Positions 34,060 through 39,002 of a stretch of 39,002 nucleotides of DNA are shown here, piece by piece. The notes under the pieces were generated by a model that saw only the letters and a program-made list of their open reading frames with translations, did no database searches and was not told the DNA's origin. The DNA comes from an uncultured archaeon (GTDB taxonomy: Archaea > Aenigmatarchaeota > Aenigmatarchaeia > GW2011-AR5). Every line of letters begins with the position of its first letter. The stretch's first letter is position 1. The stretch spans positions 1 through 39,002 of the forward strand of contig CAYIKG010000001.1 of assembly GCA_964363955.1 (NCBI GenBank), read 5' to 3'. Position numbers and translations under genes: made by a program.

Positions 34060-34203
34060 GTTAATAGAATCATACAACTTGATAAAAGAATTGTAAAAAA
34101 ATTAAAGGAGATTAAGGAGTATCCAGAACAAACATATCAAACATATAATACGCTTATTGAAAAGATGATTGAAACATTCAAAAGAGCAAAGGATAATGCT
34201 TAA
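34060..34203 (+). pseudogene. Possible start-less relic of a short VapB/RHH-type antitoxin-like gene
   Basis: 47-codon open frame, VNRIIQLDKRIVKKLKEIKEYPEQTYQTYNTLIEKMIETFKRAKDNA*, bounded upstream by TAA 34057. It has no ATG/GTG/TTG start before codon 36. The pattern resembles small archaeal putative antitoxins, which is weak evidence recalled from memory. Confidence 0.25.
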
Positions 34204-34248
34204 TCCTGGCAAGACTTCCAAACACGTTCGTGTCTATAAGCTTCCTTG

Positions 34249-35115
34249 TTAATTATATCCTAATTCCCTTAGCAAATCTGGCGGAAGTTTTTCTACTGGA
34301 ACTAAAACATGAGTGTTTGGCGGCAATATGCCAGTCTGCAAAAGCCTCTCTTCAACATAACCAGTATTTCCAAGTCCTGATGTTTCGTATGCATTTCTTG
34401 CCAGTTTTACGTATTCTCCTCCCCTGCTTGTGTCATCTTGTGCAATCTTCTGCAGTGCATCACCAAAACCAACAAGACTTAGTCCAGCACATGGAGCACC
34501 TTGAAAAAACCATTCAGGAACCACAGCATCCCCTTTAAGCGCAACTATGTCCGCAACTATACGTTCTTCCAGTTTCTGTAGATATAACTCCAAGGCGCTT
34601 ACAGGGTCTGGTACAAGTTTTCCTGAAACCAGCATCCTTCTTTGAGCTCTTATAGGATCATCTGAAATCTTCCAATTTGTAGTTCCCATATTGATCGTGT
34701 CACCACGTTCACGAGCTGGTCTGGCCGGGCCTAGGTACAGGGTTGCGGCATTTTGATGGCCAGAAGCATAGGCATATGCTACATCTTCTTGGCTAATTAC
34801 GTAAGGCATTTCAGCAACATGGTTTTCTGCCGATTCTTTTAAACTGATACCTAGCCAACGTGATCTAAGAGCTCCTGAAAGTGAATGCGCTGCCCCAGCC
34901 TCTTCATTTAGACCTGACAGAATATTCTCAAGGTCTCTTCTGTAACGATTAAAATTATTTTTAAATTGGTCACGCAACCCGCTTTCATATTCTTCAGCGG
35001 TTTGCCTGCTCGGTGGATATGATTCCATGCGTCTAAATTCTTCAACGGCTGCTCTATACGCGTCGAATGTGATTACGCCTTCTGATTCAAACAGTCTTCT
35101 TAGGTTATCTGCCAT
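34249..35115 (-). CDS. Hypothetical 288-aa protein, paralog 2 of a tandem pair (ORFan)
   Basis: ATG 35115 is preceded at 4 nt by GGAAGTGAT (plus-strand atcacttcc, 35120-35128); the alternative GTG is at 35124. The C-terminal ~170 aa align with the upstream paralog. Confidence 0.75.
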   Translation of the reverse strand: MADNLRRLFESEGVITFDAYRAAVEEFRRMESYPPSRQTAEEYESGLRDQFKNNFNRYRRDLENILSGLNEEAGAAHSLSGALRSRWLGISLKESAENHVAEMPYVISQEDVAYAYASGHQNAATLYLGPARPARERGDTINMGTTNWKISDDPIRAQRRMLVSGKLVPDPVSALELYLQKLEERIVADIVALKGDAVVPEWFFQGAPCAGLSLVGFGDALQKIAQDDTSRGGEYVKLARNAYETSGLGNTGYVEERLLQTGILPPNTHVLVPVEKLPPDLLRELGYN

Positions 35116-35130
35116 TTTTATCACTTCCGA

Positions 35131-35997
35131 TTAAGTGCGCCCAATGCTAATTATGGGCGTTGGCGGCAAATCTCCGATCTGTCGGCGTCTATTTACGACA
35201 TATGGAGTATCTTCAAGTCCGGAAGAATTATACCCCCTGAGTGCCAATCGCAAATAATCTCCCCCATCTGATGGCATAGTTTGGGCAGCTTTTACCGAAG
35301 CATCGGCAGAGCCCACATAGCTTAAACCAATTTCTGGACCAAGATGAAAATATTCTCCGAGATTTGGATTACCGTCTTGTAAAGTAACTATGCGATCTCC
35401 TACACTTTCGTCCAAAGCATCAAGATATGCCCTTACAGCACTTACAGCATCTTTGCTTCTTATCGGCCTATCTGAAATTGGAAAAAAATCATCTATATGT
35501 CTACCTGTTGAAAGAGAATTTAAGCTAGCACGAACGTTTACATATGGTTCTAGCTCTATACCCTGAACATTATGCGAATCGCGACTTTGGTTTCCAAGCG
35601 GATCCATGACCAATCTCGCTACATTAACATATCCAGAAGCGTAAGGGGTAACATAGAGAAAGTATACACCCCCATGTAACACAAAAGCACCTGGACTGGG
35701 TTTACGTGCCGCATCTGCTAAATCAGATCCTTGCACATCATGGATTAAGCGAGCTGCAACAGAAGCGGCATGTCCAGAATAACCGGTAGATGCGGGGTTT
35801 GTCGTCAATATTTGTCGAACATTTCTAAGTGATTCTTTGAAAGAAGGTAATTTTCTATAATGAAAGGAGAATTCTTCATCTGATAACGAAACCATATCTG
35901 GCGGTGGTTCATATGTGGTATAAAAGTCAGTTGCAAACAATACTCCTAAAGGACCATTTCCAGTTGTTCCATTCGTGCCGTTTGTCATATGTACCAT
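35131..35997 (-). CDS. Hypothetical 288-aa protein, paralog 1 of a tandem pair (ORFan)
   Basis: Clean 867-nt ORF with an A/T box (aaagtatttaag, minus strand) about 30-40 nt upstream. It shares YASG, ISD(R/D)PIR, GLS.VG, GG(D/E)Y..LA and SGL motifs with 34249-35115. Confidence 0.75.
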   Translation of the reverse strand: MVHMTNGTNGTTGNGPLGVLFATDFYTTYEPPPDMVSLSDEEFSFHYRKLPSFKESLRNVRQILTTNPASTGYSGHAASVAARLIHDVQGSDLADAARKPSPGAFVLHGGVYFLYVTPYASGYVNVARLVMDPLGNQSRDSHNVQGIELEPYVNVRASLNSLSTGRHIDDFFPISDRPIRSKDAVSAVRAYLDALDESVGDRIVTLQDGNPNLGEYFHLGPEIGLSYVGSADASVKAAQTMPSDGGDYLRLALRGYNSSGLEDTPYVVNRRRQIGDLPPTPIISIGRT

Positions 35998-36237
35998 CTA
36001 AATTTCACTACTAACAAGTAGCTTCTCAAGCTTAAATACTTTTCTATCGGGCAACTATTCTGTTAACTATAATTATTATGTTGCTTCTACTGCACTATTT
36101 ATATATTTTAAGTTTTGTATGCAATTCTTATTGGTTATCTCTAAAACCTGAATGCTGATTTATGTCCAAATTTTTATATAGTTTCATAGAAATTTGACAA
36201 GAATAAAGCTTAGCATTCAAGTTTTATGGGTTACCGT

Positions 36238-36804
36238 CTAAAGCTTTGCTTCAAATACAACAAGCTCTTCCCAAGGAACTTTCTTTCTTGTAAGCACTGC
36301 ATATTTGTAGCCATTTTTTTCGATAAGAGCAGTAATTTCTTTCTCCTGCGCTGTCAGGGTTGAAGCGAGAAAGATTATTTTCCCATGCTCTTTCAGGTGG
36401 CTCTTTGCATCTTTCAGAAATCGCTCTATAATATCAATTCCTCCAGACCATTGCAGATCGTATGGCCCGAATGGCAAATAAGGCGGGTTGAAAACAATCA
36501 GGTCAAATTTATCTCTTATATTTTCAAACAGATTAGAATGAATTACAGTTATGTTAATTCCGTTTATTGCCGCGTTCTTTTCTGCTATAGCAATTGCTTC
36601 TGGATTTATGTCAGCTGCAGTAACAATTGCTTTATTTCTTGCCATGAGTATGGCTAAGAATCCAGAGCCACATCCCATGTCAAGGACATTTTTGCCATTC
36701 GTGCTGATTTTTTCTATGATTTCTGCAAGTGTCAGAGAATCTTCTCTGGGAAAATAGACAGAATTTGGTACTTCAACAACGATATCCTTGTGAAAGAATT
36801 GCAT
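36238..36804 (-). CDS. HemK/PrmC-related (Mtq2-like) SAM-dependent methyltransferase
   Basis: 188 aa. VLDMGCGSGFLAI SAM motif and the FNPPYLP (NPPY) substrate motif. Confidence 0.85.
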   Translation of the reverse strand: MQFFHKDIVVEVPNSVYFPREDSLTLAEIIEKISTNGKNVLDMGCGSGFLAILMARNKAIVTAADINPEAIAIAEKNAAINGINITVIHSNLFENIRDKFDLIVFNPPYLPFGPYDLQWSGGIDIIERFLKDAKSHLKEHGKIIFLASTLTAQEKEITALIEKNGYKYAVLTRKKVPWEELVVFEAKL

Positions 36805-36866
36805 TTTTCAATTATTATCTGGAACATCTAAATAGTTTCTTAAATTCGCTGAAATATTCTATTATC

Positions 36867-38504
36867 ATGGATTCTGTATTGTATGATTTAATAAAAAAAT
36901 ATGCATTGAAAAATGCTGTAGAGCATGAAGGCAAGGCGCAGGCAAAAAGCGTTCTTGGAAAATTACTTGCAGAGCAGCCAGAACTGCGCGATAATATATC
37001 AGAAATACGGACAAAAGTCGATGACATTGTGGAGCAGGTTAATAGAATGAGTCTGGCAAAGCAGAAGGCAGAGCTAGGCGAGGTGCCTACGCCAGAAAAG
37101 AAAGTTGAGAAAAAAGAGCTGCCAGACCTGGAAAGAAGGGAGAAATTTGTTGTGCGCTTTGCACCAAATCCAGATGGCGCACTGCACCTTGGCAATGCGA
37201 GACCAGCTATACTCTGTGATGAATATGCAAAGAAATATAAGGGAATATTTATTCTGCGATATGATGATACAGACCCTAAGATAAAAGTACCGGAAAAGCA
37301 GTACTACAAATGGATAAAGGAAGACCTTTTCTGGTTAAAGATAAGGGTTGACAAAATTGTCACAGCATCAAAGCGTCTTAGTATTTATTACAAGTATGCA
37401 GAAAAGCTTGTGAAAGAAAATAGAGCTTATGTGTGCACCTGTAACAAAGAGTCGTGGAAGAATCTCATAACACGCTCAAAGCCGTGCCCTTGCAGACAGC
37501 TTGACGCGGCAAACCAAACACGCAGGTGGAAAAAGATGTTTTCTGGCTACAAAGAAGGCGAGGCAGTAATGCGCGTAAAGACCGATCTTGACGCAAAAAA
37601 CCCTGCTGTGCGCGATTGGCCTGCATTTCGCATCGTGGACAAACCAGAGCATTCTGTCAAAAAAAAACTATGGCCACTTTACAACTTTGCCTCAGCAATA
37701 GATGATCATCTTCTTGGCATTACGCATATTTTCCGCGGACAAGAGCATTCGACAAATGAAACTAAACAGAGATACGTATACCAATATTTCAAGTGGAATT
37801 ATCCATATGTCATCGTACTTGGCAGGTTCTCTGTTTCTGACATGGTTCTTAGCAAAAGTGAAATCAGGGAAGGTATAAGGCTTGGCAAGTTTGCAGGGTG
37901 GAACGACACAAGACTGGGCACAATAAGAGCATTGAAGAGAAGGGGATTTACCCCCCAGTCAATAAGACAGATTATAGTAGATATAGGGCCAAAGCCGAAT
38001 GATGTAACGATATCTTTGGAAAATTTATCAGCGTACAACAGAAAGATTATTGACAAAACAGCAAACAGGTATTTCTTCATACCAGACCCGAAAAAGATAA
38101 TTGTAAAGGGCATGAAATTAAAGAAAGTTAAGATAGCACTGCACCCAGAAATGAAAAAGGGCTTTAGAACATTCTCCCTTAGCAATACATTCTTCATTGA
38201 TGCAAAGGATTTTGAAACTTATGATGGTCTGGAGGTAAGACTAAAGGATTTATGCAATATAAAGCTTGGTAAAAATTCTGTTTTTACAGATACAAAATTA
38301 AAGCCATTGCCAAAGATACAGTGGGTGCCTGCAAAAAATATACCGGTCCGTGTATTGATGCCAGGAAAAGAGATAAAAGGATATGGGGAAACGAACATAG
38401 CTAAAGAGAATCCAGGCAATGAAATCCAATTCGAACGCTTTGGTTTTGTTCGGCTTGAGAAAATCGCCAAAAATAACATAGTAGCGGTATTCAGCCACGA
38501 GTGA
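36867..38504 (+). CDS. gltX: Glutamyl-tRNA synthetase, archaeal type
   Basis: FAPNPDGALHLGNAR (HIGH-type motif), VLSKS (KMSKS variant), archaeal/eukaryal-type C-terminal domain. ATG 36867 was chosen because the ORF-track start at 36729 overlaps the methyltransferase gene. Confidence 0.95.
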   Translation: MDSVLYDLIKKYALKNAVEHEGKAQAKSVLGKLLAEQPELRDNISEIRTKVDDIVEQVNRMSLAKQKAELGEVPTPEKKVEKKELPDLERREKFVVRFAPNPDGALHLGNARPAILCDEYAKKYKGIFILRYDDTDPKIKVPEKQYYKWIKEDLFWLKIRVDKIVTASKRLSIYYKYAEKLVKENRAYVCTCNKESWKNLITRSKPCPCRQLDAANQTRRWKKMFSGYKEGEAVMRVKTDLDAKNPAVRDWPAFRIVDKPEHSVKKKLWPLYNFASAIDDHLLGITHIFRGQEHSTNETKQRYVYQYFKWNYPYVIVLGRFSVSDMVLSKSEIREGIRLGKFAGWNDTRLGTIRALKRRGFTPQSIRQIIVDIGPKPNDVTISLENLSAYNRKIIDKTANRYFFIPDPKKIIVKGMKLKKVKIALHPEMKKGFRTFSLSNTFFIDAKDFETYDGLEVRLKDLCNIKLGKNSVFTDTKLKPLPKIQWVPAKNIPVRVLMPGKEIKGYGETNIAKENPGNEIQFERFGFVRLEKIAKNNIVAVFSHE

Positions 38505-38508
38505 TTGG

Positions 38509-38973
38509 ATGTTGCAATTATTCAGGATACTAAAAGACGAGCTTGCTTCAGATCTGTCTTCTCCAGGCAGTTTTTATATATACGCACTTGTCGTTGTTGC
38601 ATTTCTCATATCAGGAGAATATGGTTTTGCACTGCAGCTCTTTGTAGCTGCATTCTCAGTTAGCGCAGCAATATACGTGATAAAGCTGTTATATTTTAAA
38701 CCAAGACCTGATAATCCGAAAAAAGTTAAATACAAAGACATTTTCATGAGGCTTAATGAATCCTCATTTCCAAGCATTCATGCTGCAAGGGCGTCACTTC
38801 TCGCAATTGCTTTTATGTCGCGTTATCAGAATGAAATTGCAATAATCTTTTCTGCTTTCATCATAGCCAGCGTTAGCATTTCGCGAATCATGCTAAAAAG
38901 GCATTACACGTCGGATGTAGTTGCAGGTATTATTCTTGGCCTTGTTACTGGCTATTTTCTTTTCCTCGCGTAG
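38509..38973 (+). CDS. PAP2-family membrane phosphatase
   Basis: KPRP, SFPSIHA and SRIMLKRHYTSDV correspond to the three PAP2 motifs; multiple hydrophobic helices. Confidence 0.85.
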   Translation: MLQLFRILKDELASDLSSPGSFYIYALVVVAFLISGEYGFALQLFVAAFSVSAAIYVIKLLYFKPRPDNPKKVKYKDIFMRLNESSFPSIHAARASLLAIAFMSRYQNEIAIIFSAFIIASVSISRIMLKRHYTSDVVAGIILGLVTGYFLFLA

Positions 38974-39002
38974 CTTGCTATCCTAGACGGCTCCACGATG
39001 CC

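Noticed and set aside
34230-36249. Short similarity gtctataagctt (34230-34241) versus gtctaaagctt (36236-36246) as possible att-like repeats flanking the paralog pair
   Set aside because: It is only an interrupted match of 5 + 6 nt, well within chance expectation for AT-rich sequence of this length.
36729-36866. 46-codon 5' extension of gltX
   Set aside because: It overlaps the methyltransferase gene on the opposite strand. The ATG at 36867 gives the conserved GluRS N-terminus and leaves a promoter-sized gap.
1-39002. Search for CRISPR arrays, tRNA/rRNA genes, IS elements, integrases, restriction-modification or other known defence genes
   Set aside because: I found no regularly spaced direct repeats, no cloverleaf-capable GC-rich intergenic segments and no recognisable recombinase or nuclease motifs. 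Intergenic regions are short and AT-rich apart from the pockets reported.

Overview
Gene-dense 39 kb chromosomal segment that reads as archaeal, probably from a small-genome (DPANN-like) lineage; that placement is an inference from gene content. Supporting content: archaeal-type GluRS, class V FBP aldolase/phosphatase, split LplB/LplA lipoate ligase, two-subunit ADP-forming acetyl-CoA synthetase, Ogg2-type glycosylase and AlaX. A/T-rich TATA-like boxes sit about 25 nt upstream of first-gene ATGs, and GGTGA/GGAGG Shine-Dalgarno (SD) motifs precede operon-internal genes.

Core content:
- two class II (B12) ribonucleotide reductase (RNR) paralogs plus a corrinoid adenosyltransferase;
- a lipoylation and 2-oxoacid dehydrogenase supercluster (lplB-lplA, CobW GTPase, E2, E1beta, PCD-like, E1alpha, lipA) with no E3 in the window;
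- an aldh / amino-acid dehydrogenase / class III aminotransferase / NAD kinase operon;
- assorted housekeeping genes.

I saw no rRNA, tRNA, CRISPR array, integrase, transposase or recognisable defence gene.

Unexplained content sits in four pockets:
1. 1100-1970: a detached RNR zinc-finger tail mini-gene, plus a 0.5 kb single-ORFan insert bounded by a duplicated gene end.
2. 9292-9887: a second 0.5 kb ORFan insert bounded by a 12-bp duplication of the cobW start and carrying lplA relics.
3. 11979-13328: a ~285-aa ORFan with a GC-rich patch and twin bulged hairpins, wedged between E1beta and E2.
4. 30915-36237: a 5.3 kb island with a 982-aa Cys-rich and Thr/Ser-rich secreted modular protein, a relic-bearing gap, and two tandem paralogous ORFans of 867 nt each.

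The tandem paralog pair, together with its neighbouring surface protein, is my best candidate for an undescribed system. I cannot assign it a function from sequence alone.
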